Source of the DNA: an uncultured Pseudomonadota bacterium
Lineage (GTDB): Bacteria; Myxococcota_A; Polyangia; Fen-1088
DNA length: 64,000 nt
Direction of reading: 5' to 3'
NCBI GenBank assembly: GCA_963847705.1
Contig: CAWKBC010000001.1
Coordinates: forward strand, 96,001 to 160,000
The first letter of the stretch is position 1. Every line of letters begins with the position of its first letter. Under the pieces are notes generated by a model. That model had not been told where the DNA came from. It was given only the letters and a program-made list of their open reading frames with translations, and did not search any database. A program made the translations under genes and the position numbers. Below, piece by piece: positions 50,767 to 60,569 of this stretch.

Positions 50767-52479
50767 ATGAACAGACCATTCGTGACCACCGGGGCGGTCG
50801 CTCTCGTCCTCGTGCCGCTGGCGCTCCTCGCCTTGCTGGTGATCGGCGCGGCGGAGATCAGCTACGCCCAGACGCTGTTCGTTCACACGACGTACTACTT
50901 CCTCCTGGCCACGGTGCTCTGCTGGGCCGGCACCTACCTCCGGGCCGCCCGCGACGTGCGCCGGGAGACGATCGCGGCCTGGTTGAAGGAAAACTGGCCC
51001 GGCCTCGTCATCGCGCTGGCGTTGACCGTCATCGCCTGGCTCGCGGTTCATCCCGCCCTGCGGATCCTCTCCGACGAGGCGGACTTGGTGGGGACGTCGA
51101 AGAATCTCTTCTCTTCGAGGACCGCCACCTTCACCGTCTCCGGCAAGAACTACTACGACAGCTACTGGGACGTCGACGTGGCCATCGACCGCCGGCCGGC
51201 GCTGTTCCCCTTCCTGGTCAGCCTGGTCCACGTCGTGTGCGGCTACTCGTACAAGAACGTCTTCCTGTTCAACTTGCTGTTGCTGCCGGCGTTCGTCCTG
51301 GTGTCGTACCGGCTGGCGAAGTCCCTGGGGGGCGAGACGTTCGCCGTCGTGACCTCGCTGCTGGTGGTGGCCCATCCCATCACCCTCATCTCCGTCCGTT
51401 CGGGCGGCTTCGACTTCCTTGCCCTGTTCTTCGCGCTGCTGGTCCTCAAGAGTGTGTTCGACCACCTGCGCGAGCCATCGGCCGCCAGGCTGGCGATTCT
51501 CTGGATGAACCTCTGCATGTTCGCCGAGATCCGCTACGAGAGCGCGCTGTTCATCGTGCCGGTGGTGGCGCTGCTCTGTCTCTTCAGGATGAGCACCGCG
51601 ACCCTCCTGCGCCCCTACGCCTTCATCTACGCGCTCACGCCGGCCTACCTCGCGCCCCGCATCTGGCAGGCGGTGCTGCGCGGGAGCGTGCCGGACCAGG
51701 AACCCGGGGCGACCGCGCTGAGCGCCGAGAACTTCTTCAACAACGCGCGCGAGTACTTCAGGCCCGTTCTGTCACCCTTGAACGGCTATCCCGCGCACGC
51801 GGGGATGGTCATCGCGCTCGGTCTGGCTGGCTGCGTCGTCTGGCTGGCGTCGCACCGCCGCGAATTGGTCTCGCCCGACTGGAAGGCACCCCGGGAGAGG
51901 TTCGCGGTCTTCGTCGCCGTCTGGATGCTGCTCCAGGTGATCGTCGTCTTCAGCTACGTGTGGGGACGCGCCCAGGCCCCTTCGGCCGCGCGCCTGGTCA
52001 TCGCGATCGACACCTTCTTCTCGTTCGTCGCCGCCTGGGCGCTGACCCTGGCGCTCAGACGCTGGAGACCCTTCGTCCCCGTGCTGCTCGCCGTCGGGGT
52101 TCTGGCGATCCACCTGCCCATCGCCGGGCAGCAGCGGATGCTGAACCGTTTGACCCAGACGCGAGAGACGGCCACCGCCTGGCGCTTCTTCGAGAGCCTG
52201 CACGAGAAGCGCATCCTGATCGTGACGGACCGTCCCGATCTCTTCACCATCATGGACTACGGCGCCATGAGCTTCGAGGCGGCGAGGCAGGACCCCTTCC
52301 TCTTCGAGGCCTTCGCCCGCCACCTCTTCTATGACATCTACGTCGTCCAGCAGATCAAGCTGTCCACGAACAGCCCGCTGCCCGGATACGACCTTCCGTC
52401 CACGCGTAAGCTGGAGACGATGCTCGAATACCAGAACGACGCCGACGTGTTGATCCGCATCTCGCGTCTCAGCCACTGA
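50767..52479 (+). CDS. GT-C fold (PMT/ArnT-like) membrane glycosyltransferase
   Basis: DE motif (ILSDEAD) in first loop, RPALFPFL, RYE, AARL, many TM helices. Confidence 0.65.
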   Translation: MNRPFVTTGAVALVLVPLALLALLVIGAAEISYAQTLFVHTTYYFLLATVLCWAGTYLRAARDVRRETIAAWLKENWPGLVIALALTVIAWLAVHPALRILSDEADLVGTSKNLFSSRTATFTVSGKNYYDSYWDVDVAIDRRPALFPFLVSLVHVVCGYSYKNVFLFNLLLLPAFVLVSYRLAKSLGGETFAVVTSLLVVAHPITLISVRSGGFDFLALFFALLVLKSVFDHLREPSAARLAILWMNLCMFAEIRYESALFIVPVVALLCLFRMSTATLLRPYAFIYALTPAYLAPRIWQAVLRGSVPDQEPGATALSAENFFNNAREYFRPVLSPLNGYPAHAGMVIALGLAGCVVWLASHRRELVSPDWKAPRERFAVFVAVWMLLQVIVVFSYVWGRAQAPSAARLVIAIDTFFSFVAAWALTLALRRWRPFVPVLLAVGVLAIHLPIAGQQRMLNRLTQTRETATAWRFFESLHEKRILIVTDRPDLFTIMDYGAMSFEAARQDPFLFEAFARHLFYDIYVVQQIKLSTNSPLPGYDLPSTRKLETMLEYQNDADVLIRISRLSH

Positions 52480-52534
52480 CAGGCCCGTCGAGGCTGGCCG
52501 CGCAGACGGCCACGTTGCACTTTCGCCTCTGGAC

Positions 52535-54487
52535 CTACTTGCCGTAGCCGGCGCTCACGATGTTCGCTTGAATGGCCGCGTCGGTGGCGTCGGACGGATA
52601 GCCGGCGACGATGGCGCCTTCGTAGAAGGTCCCCTGGCTGGCCGTGTTGTTGCTGTAGCAGCAGTCGCCGCCGCTGCCGAGAACGATCGACCCCTGCTTC
52701 TTGGCCGGGTTGTATCCGGGGGGAACCGCCCCGCTGTAGAACGTGCTCAGGCTGCCGGTCGTCGCGTCGGCCCCCTTGAGGGCGAAGGTCCCGGTGCCGG
52801 TGTTTTTCTCCATGGCCGTGACATAGCTGTAGCTCATGGTCGGATCGGCCGTGCTCTGTCCGGAGCCGCCCTTGGCATAGAGCCCCCCCTCGAGATCGGC
52901 CATGACCCAGGGACCGGCGCCGGTGCCCGTTCCCCAGATCGTGCAGTTGCTAAAATTGACGGCGTCCATCGAGGGGCCGGCGACGTACATGCGGCCGGTT
53001 TCGCCGTTGCCGTAGTCGAAGCAACATCCGCTGCCGTAGTGCTTGCCGCTGGTGACCATGTAGATCCCTTGCGGAGAGCTGCCGAGCGGCATCCCCGACT
53101 TGGAGCCGTCCCTCCAGTAGGCCTGGCTGGTCTTCATGTAGAGCGAGTAGACCTTGTGGCCGTTGAGGGTCAGCGACTCCTGGGTGGCGTTGGAGGCAGT
53201 CATGCCGGCGTGGCCGCCGACGGTGCTGTTGGGGGTCTCGGCCTCGACGAAGTTGCCGTGCCCGGACTGGTCATAAACGATCGTGATCGTGCACGTCGTG
53301 CCGGAGCAGAACGCATCTTGCGTCGCAGTGTCGGCGAGACCGCCAGGGCTGACGACGCCGATGTCCTTGGTCGCGCCGTCCGACGCGCGCGTGACCTGGT
53401 AGAGACTGCCGCTGTAGGCGCCGAGCAGCGCGCGCACCGTGCTGTGCGCGGCGACGCACGCGGTGTTGGCGGCCGCGTAGATATCACACGGCGCCATCCC
53501 AGAGGCGCCGGACGTGCCTCCATTCGCGCTGGTTCCGCCGCTGCCGCCCTTGCCGGCGGCACCGCCGGTCCCGGGCGCGCCGGCCGTCCCGCCCGCGCCG
53601 CCCCTTCCGCCCGAGCCGGTGGCACCCCCCGAACCTCCGGCGCCTCCCGTGCCTGGAGCACCGCCCGTCCCGACGGTGCCGCCCGTGCTGATGGCACCAC
53701 CGGAGCCCGTGGCGCCACCGGTCGCGCTCGACCCGCCCGAGCCCGACGAGGTGCCGCTCTTCTGAAGCACGACCGTGCCGGAGAGGGGGAGGATCGTCGG
53801 CTTCGGGGTCACGGTCAGCGTGTTTCCCGAGACGCAGTAGGAGTAATCGACGGTGGCGTCGGTGTTGAGGCCGGAGCTGGAGGTCGTGTAGTTGCCGCTG
53901 GTCATCGCCCAGGGAGAAACCACGCCGAGGCCGCCGCTCTGGTTGGCGGTGGCCGTGCAGGCGCAATGGCCGCTGGAATCGTTCGAGCAGGTGGCCGTGG
54001 CCCAGCCGAGCGCCGTGATGGCCCCCGATGCCTTGTCGCACGCGACGTTGACGGACGAAACCGAGAGGCACGCGGCGGCCAACGGGAAGGTGACGGAGCC
54101 GGAGGTGACCGTGTTGTCGGTGTAGGTCCCGTTGCTGTTGGCGATCCATGTTCCGGTCACCTGCAGGGATCCGGTCACGGGAACGGTCTTGCACCCCAAG
54201 CTGGCCAGCGAGACATCCATGTCACCCGACAGGGCCAGACATGACGACGACACGGTCCAGGTGCCGATCAGGCTGCCGCCGCAGGCCGTCCCGTTGGGAC
54301 AGGACGTCGCTCCCCCGGTCCCGCTGGAGCTTCCGCCGGTCCCTGCTCCTCCCGTGGCCGTCGACCCGCCAGTGCCCGTGTTCCCTCCTGTGGCACCTCC
54401 TTGGACGTTGTTGCTGCCACAACCGCCGCTGGCCATCGCCGAGGCGAGAGCCACCGCGCCAAGAAGTCCAAAGAGTCTGTTTCGCAT
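52535..54487 (-). CDS. GH54 alpha-L-arabinofuranosidase B lipoprotein with Cys-rich N-terminal module
   Basis: PCDIYAA, CVAAHSTVRAL, YDQSG, CCFDYGN, nucleophile PWVMADLE, acid/base GSGGD, TFYEG. Confidence 0.9.
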   Translation of the reverse strand: MRNRLFGLLGAVALASAMASGGCGSNNVQGGATGGNTGTGGSTATGGAGTGGSSSGTGGATSCPNGTACGGSLIGTWTVSSSCLALSGDMDVSLASLGCKTVPVTGSLQVTGTWIANSNGTYTDNTVTSGSVTFPLAAACLSVSSVNVACDKASGAITALGWATATCSNDSSGHCACTATANQSGGLGVVSPWAMTSGNYTTSSSGLNTDATVDYSYCVSGNTLTVTPKPTILPLSGTVVLQKSGTSSGSGGSSATGGATGSGGAISTGGTVGTGGAPGTGGAGGSGGATGSGGRGGAGGTAGAPGTGGAAGKGGSGGTSANGGTSGASGMAPCDIYAAANTACVAAHSTVRALLGAYSGSLYQVTRASDGATKDIGVVSPGGLADTATQDAFCSGTTCTITIVYDQSGHGNFVEAETPNSTVGGHAGMTASNATQESLTLNGHKVYSLYMKTSQAYWRDGSKSGMPLGSSPQGIYMVTSGKHYGSGCCFDYGNGETGRMYVAGPSMDAVNFSNCTIWGTGTGAGPWVMADLEGGLYAKGGSGQSTADPTMSYSYVTAMEKNTGTGTFALKGADATTGSLSTFYSGAVPPGYNPAKKQGSIVLGSGGDCCYSNNTASQGTFYEGAIVAGYPSDATDAAIQANIVSAGYGK

Positions 54488-54691
54488 GAGTCCTCAGTCC
54501 TGTTTGTCCGTTCGGCGGGACTTTGTTCACAATTCCTCTCGAGTCCCCGGGAAAGCCCGATGGGATGCGTTCCGAACAAATCCGTCGCGTCATCTGTCGG
54601 TTCGGAGGACTTTGTTCAACGGTTTTTCTGGTGAAGATTTTTTGGCCGGCGCCGCCCTTCCACGGCGAACCCGTATGATAGTGAGGAGCCA

Positions 54692-55573
54692 GTGACCGAT
54701 AGCTCTCCCAGCCGCGAATCGAGCCGCGCGGACCGTTCGGCCGAACAGGCGCAGCTCGAAGAGCGGGTCTTCTCGGTGAAGAAGCGCTTTCTGGCCATGT
54801 ACAAGATGGCGCACGCGGGACACATCGGCAGCTCGCTGTCGTGCGCCGAGATTCTGGTCTTTCTAAAGCACGCCTGGATGCGCGACGAGGACACGTTCAT
54901 CCTCTCCAAGGGCCACGCAGTGGCGGCGCTCTACGCGCTGCTCGCCGAGGCGAACGCCCTCGACCCGCGCGAGCTCGACACCTTCTATAAAGACGGGACG
55001 CGCTTACCTGCCCTGCCGCCGGTCAACGCGATCAAGGAGATCCCGTTCGCCACGGGGAGCCTGGGTCATGGGCTCTCGCTCTGTGCCGGCATGGCCGTCG
55101 GGGCGCGACTCAACCGAAGCGAGCGGCGCTTCTTCTGCCTCACCTCCGACGGGGAGCTCGACGAGGGGAGCACCTGGGAGGCCGCCCTCTTCATCGCCCA
55201 CCGCAGGCTGACCAACGTCGCGTGGCTGATCGATCGCAACCGCATTCAGGGCATCGGCGGGACCGAAGAGGTGCTGGCCCTGGAGCCGCTCGACGCGAAG
55301 CTCGAGGCCTTCGGCTTTCACGTGATCGCCGTCGACGGGCATGACTGCGCCTCTCTGCTGGCGCTGCGCGACGCCTGCGCCCACGCTCCGGCAAGCCAGG
55401 GAAGACCGCTGGCCGTCATTTGCAACACCATCAAGGGGCACGGCATTCGTCACATGCAAGACACGGTGGCGTCCCACTACCTGCCGATGGACGATGCGCA
55501 GTACGCGCAAGCTCTCGACGACCTGGCGGCCGCGCATGCGTCCGCGCTGGCGGGGGCTCGCCATGCGGGATGA
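54692..55573 (+). CDS. transketolase-like protein, N-terminal (ThDP-binding) subunit
   Basis: GHIGSSLS, LSKGH, TGSLGHG, SDGELDEGSTWEA, DRN, VDGHD, TIKG. Confidence 0.9.
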   Translation: MTDSSPSRESSRADRSAEQAQLEERVFSVKKRFLAMYKMAHAGHIGSSLSCAEILVFLKHAWMRDEDTFILSKGHAVAALYALLAEANALDPRELDTFYKDGTRLPALPPVNAIKEIPFATGSLGHGLSLCAGMAVGARLNRSERRFFCLTSDGELDEGSTWEAALFIAHRRLTNVAWLIDRNRIQGIGGTEEVLALEPLDAKLEAFGFHVIAVDGHDCASLLALRDACAHAPASQGRPLAVICNTIKGHGIRHMQDTVASHYLPMDDAQYAQALDDLAAAHASALAGARHAG

Positions 55574-56471
55574 ATTCGCCCAGGCGATGATCGCGCTCTT
55601 TCGCGAGCGGAGCGATCTGGTCTTCCTCACCGGCGACGTCGGCTTCATGGCGCTCGAGGGGATCGCCCAGACGTACGGCGAGCGCTTCATCAACGCCGGC
55701 GTCGCGGAGCAGAACATGGTGTCCCTCGCCGCAGGGCTGGCCCGCGAAGGGCAGCTGGCCTGGGTTTACAGCATGGCCCCCTTCGTCGCGCTTCGCCCCT
55801 ACGAACAGATTCGCACCGACGTGTGTCTGCACAGACTCCCGGTCAAGCTGGTCGGCAACGGCGGCGGCTACGGCTACGGCATCATGGGGGCGACCCATCA
55901 CGCCCTCGAGGACGTCGGCGCCATCCGTGTCCTGCCCAACATGCGGCTCTACCTCCCGCTGACCGCGACGGACGTGGGGCAGGTCGTCGGCATGATGGCG
56001 CAGGATCCCCTGCCCAACTACCTGCGGCTCAACACCGCCGCGCCAATTCCGGCGGAGGTTCCGCCGTTCGCGCCGTGGCGGAGGATCAAGCGAGGCCGGA
56101 CGACCGTGGTCGTCGGGCTGGGGCCAGTGGTGGGCAATCTCTACCAGGTGGGCGACCAAGACCTGCTCGACGAGCTCGAGATCTGGAGCGTCGGGACTCT
56201 CCCGCTCGCGGACCTTCCGGCCGAACTCGTCGCGAGCATCGAAGAGAAGCGGCGGGTCGTGACCATGGAGGAGCACTATCTGTCTTGCGGCCTGGCCGAG
56301 GCGCTGAGCTACCGGCTCTTGAGCCAGGGTGTTCATCCGCGGTCCTTCACCAGCCTCCACGCCAAGGGATATCCGAGCGGACGTTACGGCAGCCAGCGCT
56401 GGCACCAGGAGGAGAGCGGTCTGGCGGGTCAGGCGTTGCGCGCGCAGCTGGAGCGGGTCGCTCGTGGCTGA
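55563..56471 (+). CDS. transketolase-like protein, C-terminal subunit
   Basis: MRDEF, TGDVG, NAGVAEQNMV, RPYEQIR, GATHHALED, MEEH. Confidence 0.9.
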   Translation: MRDEFAQAMIALFRERSDLVFLTGDVGFMALEGIAQTYGERFINAGVAEQNMVSLAAGLAREGQLAWVYSMAPFVALRPYEQIRTDVCLHRLPVKLVGNGGGYGYGIMGATHHALEDVGAIRVLPNMRLYLPLTATDVGQVVGMMAQDPLPNYLRLNTAAPIPAEVPPFAPWRRIKRGRTTVVVGLGPVVGNLYQVGDQDLLDELEIWSVGTLPLADLPAELVASIEEKRRVVTMEEHYLSCGLAEALSYRLLSQGVHPRSFTSLHAKGYPSGRYGSQRWHQEESGLAGQALRAQLERVARG

Positions 56472-57519
56472 CGCCAGGCCCCGGCGCCTCTCCGCCGTGA
56501 TCGTTTGCTATCTGGACGCGCAGGCGATCCCTCTGATGTACCGGCGGCTGTCCGAGGTGTTCTCCGCCTTGGCCGTGGACTACGAGATCATCTTCGTCAA
56601 CGACGGCAGCCCCGACGACACCCACTCGGTGTTGAAGGCCCTGACGGAGAGCGACGACCACGTGCTGGCCATAGAGCACTCCAGAAACTTCGGCTCGCAG
56701 AACGGGTTTCTGAGTGGAATGGAGCTCGCCACCGGCGACGCCGTGGTTCTTCTCGATGGCGATCTCCAGGATCCGCCCGAGGTCATCCCCGCCCTCTACG
56801 AGAAATGGCGGCAGGGAAACGACGTGGTCTACGGCCGTCGATCCAAACGCCAGGCGCCCGCACTCATGGCGCTCGCCTACAGGGCCTTCTACCGAGTCTT
56901 CCGGGGCGTCTCTTACGTCCCCGTGCCGCTCGACGCCGGCGATTTTTCGCTGATGGACCGAAGGGTCGTCGACGAGCTGCTGGCGCTTCCCGAGACCGAT
57001 CAGTTCTTGCGCGGGCTTCGGGCCTGGGTCGGCTTCAAGCAGACGGGCGTCGACTACGTCCGCCCCGCGCGCGCCTTCGGACGCTCGACCAACAGCCGGT
57101 TGAAGAACCTCTGGTGGGCGAAGAAGGCCCTCTTCTCGTTCAGCTTCCTGCCCATCGAGGTGCTGGGCTACGCCGCCGCCGTGATGACCGCGCTGTCGTT
57201 TGCGGCCGTCATCTATCAGGTCGTCGACGGCCTTCGTCGTCCCGACCTCAGTCACGGCATCTCCACCCTCATCGTTCTGGTCGTGTTCTTCGGCAGTCTC
57301 ACTCTTCTGGCCATCGCCGTGCTGGGCGAGTACCTCATCAGGGTCTTCGAGGAGGTCAAACGGAGACCGAGGTTCATCCGGAAGGCCTTGTGGCACGGCG
57401 GACGCGGGTTGCAGAGCGCGGCGGAGGTGGAGAGTTTCGTGGGGCGAAGGAAGGCCGCGCTGCGATCGACCGGGGCGGGTGCGCCGGAGGCCGATGGGCC
57501 GGAGACCTGTGAACGTTAG
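56464..57519 (+). CDS. GT2 polyprenol-phosphate glycosyltransferase (GtrB-like)
   Basis: EIIFVNDGSPD, SRNFGSQ, LDGDLQDPP, AGDFSLMDR, FLRGLRAWVGF, two TM helices, LGEYL.RVFEEVKRRP. Confidence 0.88.
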   Translation: MADARPRRLSAVIVCYLDAQAIPLMYRRLSEVFSALAVDYEIIFVNDGSPDDTHSVLKALTESDDHVLAIEHSRNFGSQNGFLSGMELATGDAVVLLDGDLQDPPEVIPALYEKWRQGNDVVYGRRSKRQAPALMALAYRAFYRVFRGVSYVPVPLDAGDFSLMDRRVVDELLALPETDQFLRGLRAWVGFKQTGVDYVRPARAFGRSTNSRLKNLWWAKKALFSFSFLPIEVLGYAAAVMTALSFAAVIYQVVDGLRRPDLSHGISTLIVLVVFFGSLTLLAIAVLGEYLIRVFEEVKRRPRFIRKALWHGGRGLQSAAEVESFVGRRKAALRSTGAGAPEADGPETCER

Positions 57520-58303
57520 GAGCGTCCTCATCACGGGCACGACCTCCGGTCTCGGCCGGGGCCTCCTCCAGCATTACGCCGAGCAGGCGGTGAAGGTGAT
57601 CTCCGTCAACCGGCGCCGCGTCGAGGCGCTCGAGTCCCAGTATCCGTCCGTCCGCTTCGAGTGCGTGGATGTCCGTTCGGCCGAGCGTGTCGAGAGCCTG
57701 GTCCGCGATCTGGCGGCGTCGGGTGACCTGCCCGACGTCCTCATCTTGAACGCCGGGATCAACCGCCTGGACAACGACGCTGCGTTCGACTTGCCCCTCT
57801 GCCGGGAGGTCGTCGACACCAACCTGTACGGCGCCCTGAACTTCATCGCGCCCCTGACCCGCGTTCCAGCGGCCGGCGGCCAGCGACACATCGTGGCGAT
57901 CAGCTCCATGGTCAATTACGCCGGGAACCCTTACTGCCTCGGGTATTACGCGAGCAAGAAGGCCCTGACGGCTTGCTTCGACGTGTGGGCCGAGATGTAC
58001 GCGGGGACCGATCTGGTGTTCAAGCAGGTCATGCTGGGGCCCGTTCAGACGGCGATCTACACGATGGGCGACAGGCTTCCCCGGTGGATGGTCCGGATCA
58101 AGAGCCTTTGTTCCGCATCGCTCGACGACACGGTCCGCGCGGTTGCACGCTTTGCGCCGACCCGCGGGAGAAAGCTGATCTATCCGTGGCGAGCGCTCCC
58201 TGCCTTCGGTGCGATGCGGCTCGGTCGACGACTCATTCCCGGCTTCTTCCACGGCCGCAAGACGACCGCCGGACAGCCGCGGCGGCGCCTGCCCGGCCGC
58301 TGA
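57509..58303 (+). CDS. short-chain dehydrogenase/reductase
   Basis: LITGTTSGLG, LNAGI, ISS, YYASK (YxxxK). Confidence 0.85.
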   Translation: MNVRSVLITGTTSGLGRGLLQHYAEQAVKVISVNRRRVEALESQYPSVRFECVDVRSAERVESLVRDLAASGDLPDVLILNAGINRLDNDAAFDLPLCREVVDTNLYGALNFIAPLTRVPAAGGQRHIVAISSMVNYAGNPYCLGYYASKKALTACFDVWAEMYAGTDLVFKQVMLGPVQTAIYTMGDRLPRWMVRIKSLCSASLDDTVRAVARFAPTRGRKLIYPWRALPAFGAMRLGRRLIPGFFHGRKTTAGQPRRRLPGR

Positions 58304-58386
58304 CCGAGTCTGTCGTTCGCTCCCTGACTTCCGGCTGGGGGGTGCTGAAGGCGGACGCCGGTCGGGCGGGTGCGAAGCGGCGCAGT

Positions 58387-58417
58387 TTTCGTGACAACAG
58401 CGGGCTCCCGGGGACAA
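58387..58417 (+). promoter_or_regulatory. TTTCGTGACAA-N15-GACAA direct repeat upstream of GH54 #2
   Basis: GACAA at 58393 and 58413. Confidence 0.65.
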
Positions 58418-58464
58418 ACACCACAAGACCCCCCCTTAGTTCCCCCTTGGAAGGAGCCCCTTCG

Positions 58465-60439
58465 ATGAAGGTTCAATCTGCTTTTCCGGCGATGCCGCTC
58501 GCAATCGCAATGATGTTAGGCGCTTGCAGCTCTAGCTCGATTGGTTCATCGGGCACGGGTGGAACCACCGGCACCGGCGGAACCACCGGCACCGGCGGCA
58601 GCTCCAGCGGGACCGGGGGAGGATCGTCCTGTCCCAACGGGACCGCCTGCGGCGGCAGCGTGGTCGGTTCTTGGACGGTGAGCTCGTCGTGTCTGACGTT
58701 GAGTGACAGCAACCTCGACATTTCGCTGGCGGGTCTCGACCCTCGCTCTTGCACGAACGTGACGCTGTCGGGCTCGCTCACCGTGACCGGCATGTGGTCC
58801 GCCAAGTCGGACGGAACGTACACCGATGGCACGACCACTTCGGGCACCGCACAGCTTCAGCTGCCGGCCGGCTGCTTGCAGATTTCGGGGACCACCACCA
58901 CGTGCCAGCGGATCGGTGGTCCTCTCGCAGGTCTGGGCTTCGCTTCTGCCACTTGCACCGATGCCACCGGGGGCGGGTGCTCCTGCACGGCGACGGTGCA
59001 ACAGACGGGTGGGCTCGGGTTTCTGACCTCCGATCCGCAGACCAACGGCAACTACGCCACCTCGGGCAGCACGCTCACCGACGATACGGTGTCGCCGTAC
59101 TCGTACTGCGTCGCGGGAAACCAGCTGACGCTGACCCCGCAGCCGACGAACCCGTCCGGGACCGGGACGATCGTGCTCCAGAAGGCTGGAACGACCGGCA
59201 CCGGCGGCGCGATTGGTACGGGCGGCACGACCAGCACGGGCGGCACGACCGGCACCGGCGGCACGACCGGCACGGGCGGCACGACCGGCACCGGCGGCGC
59301 GAGCGCGACGGGTGGCTCCGGCGGCAAGGGCGGTACGACCGGTACCGGCGGCATGGCCGGCGCCAAGGGGACCGGCGGCGCGCCGGCGACTGGTGGCGCG
59401 ACGGGCACCGGCGGCACCGCCGCGACCGGTGGCGCGACGGGGACCGGGGGATCGACGACGACTGCCGCGGGCCCCTGTGACATCTACGCTGCCGCGGGCC
59501 AGCCCTGCGCGGCCGCCTACAGCATGATTCGGGTGCTCTCGATGGCGTACACCGGCCCGCTCTACCAGGTCAGGAGCGGGAGCTCGAGCATGAACACGGG
59601 CTCGGGCGGAACGACCAAGGACATCATGAGCATCGGTGGCTTCGCCGACACAGCCACCCAGGACACCTTCTGCAGCGGCTCGACCTGCACCGTCTCCATC
59701 CTTTATGACCAGTCCGGGAACGGCAACGATCTCAGGGCGGCGCCCCCCGGCCTCTCCGGCGGGGGAACCTACGCAGCGATGCACGACTTCGAGTCGAGCG
59801 CGACGAAGGGTGCGCTGACCGTCGGCGGGCACAAGGTCTACGCGCTCTACACGAATGCGCGAGAGGGGTATCGGACCGCCGTGGGCGTCAAGGGCAAGAA
59901 CATGCCGATCGGCAATACGCCGCAGGGGATTTACGAGCTCGCGGACGGCACGCACACGGGCACCGCCTGCTGCTGGGACTTCGGGAATGTCTCGACCGAT
60001 CCCACGGTCTACGGCGTCATGAACACCATCTTCTTCGGGACCGGATTCTGGGGCACCGGGGCCGGCAGCGGCCCCTGGTTTCTGGGCGACTTCGAGGGGG
60101 GAGTCTGGGCGGGGGGGTCGGGCGCGTCCACCGTGAACAACCCCAACGACCCGTCAATGAAGGTTCCCTACGCCTTTGGCATCGTCAAGACCAGCTCCGG
60201 GCAATACGCCATCAGGGCCGCCAATGTGCAGACGGCCACCGATTCTGACGACCGCCTACGACGGCGCCTCACCCAAGACCTGGGCCAACACGGGCGGGAT
60301 CCTCCTTGGGATCGGCAGCGACAACAGCAACAACTCGTGGGGGACCTTCTACGAGGGCGCCATCACCGCCGGCCGACCGGCCGACGCGACCGATCTCGCC
60401 GTCCTGAAGAACGTTCAGGCGGCGGGCTACGGCAAATAA
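58465..60439 (+). CDS. GH54 arabinofuranosidase lipoprotein #2 (one frameshift near 60243)
   Basis: Lipobox LGAC, Cys-rich module, TGG linker, GPCDIY, CCWDFGN, PWFLGDFE; C-terminus GIGSDNS...TFYEG...AAGYGK lies in ORF 60176-60439. Confidence 0.85.
59190..59460 (+). repeat. coding tandem repeats (about 18 bp, TGGTTG/TGGATG) forming a Gly/Thr linker
   Basis: Repeated ACCGGCGGCACGACCGGC-type units; similar linkers at 60660-60995, 53500-53760, 33350-33720 and 13790-14060. Confidence 0.7.
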
Positions 60440-60569
60440 GACTCGTCGCGCAACAAAGCCGTCCCCGCTGGCCGTCGCAACGTCCAGCGGGGCTTGAAAG
60501 CTGGATTCCCGCCGCTGCGGCGGTACGGATTGGTTGCGACCTTCAACCCCCCTAGAAGGAGTGAGCCTC

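Noticed and set aside
48351-52334. 1327-aa Arg/Pro-rich ORF and other long overlapping or antisense ORFs (28583-32017, 21138-23006, 40134-41906)
   Set aside because: Shadow ORFs from high GC3 codon bias overlapping well-supported genes; no recognisable motifs
59965-60000. GH54#2 has GNVS instead of GNAE, which looked like a lost nucleophile
   Set aside because: In Aspergillus kawachii AbfB the nucleophile Glu221 lies in the PW.M.D.E motif, which is intact here (PWFLGDFE), as is the acid/base Asp (GSDNS)
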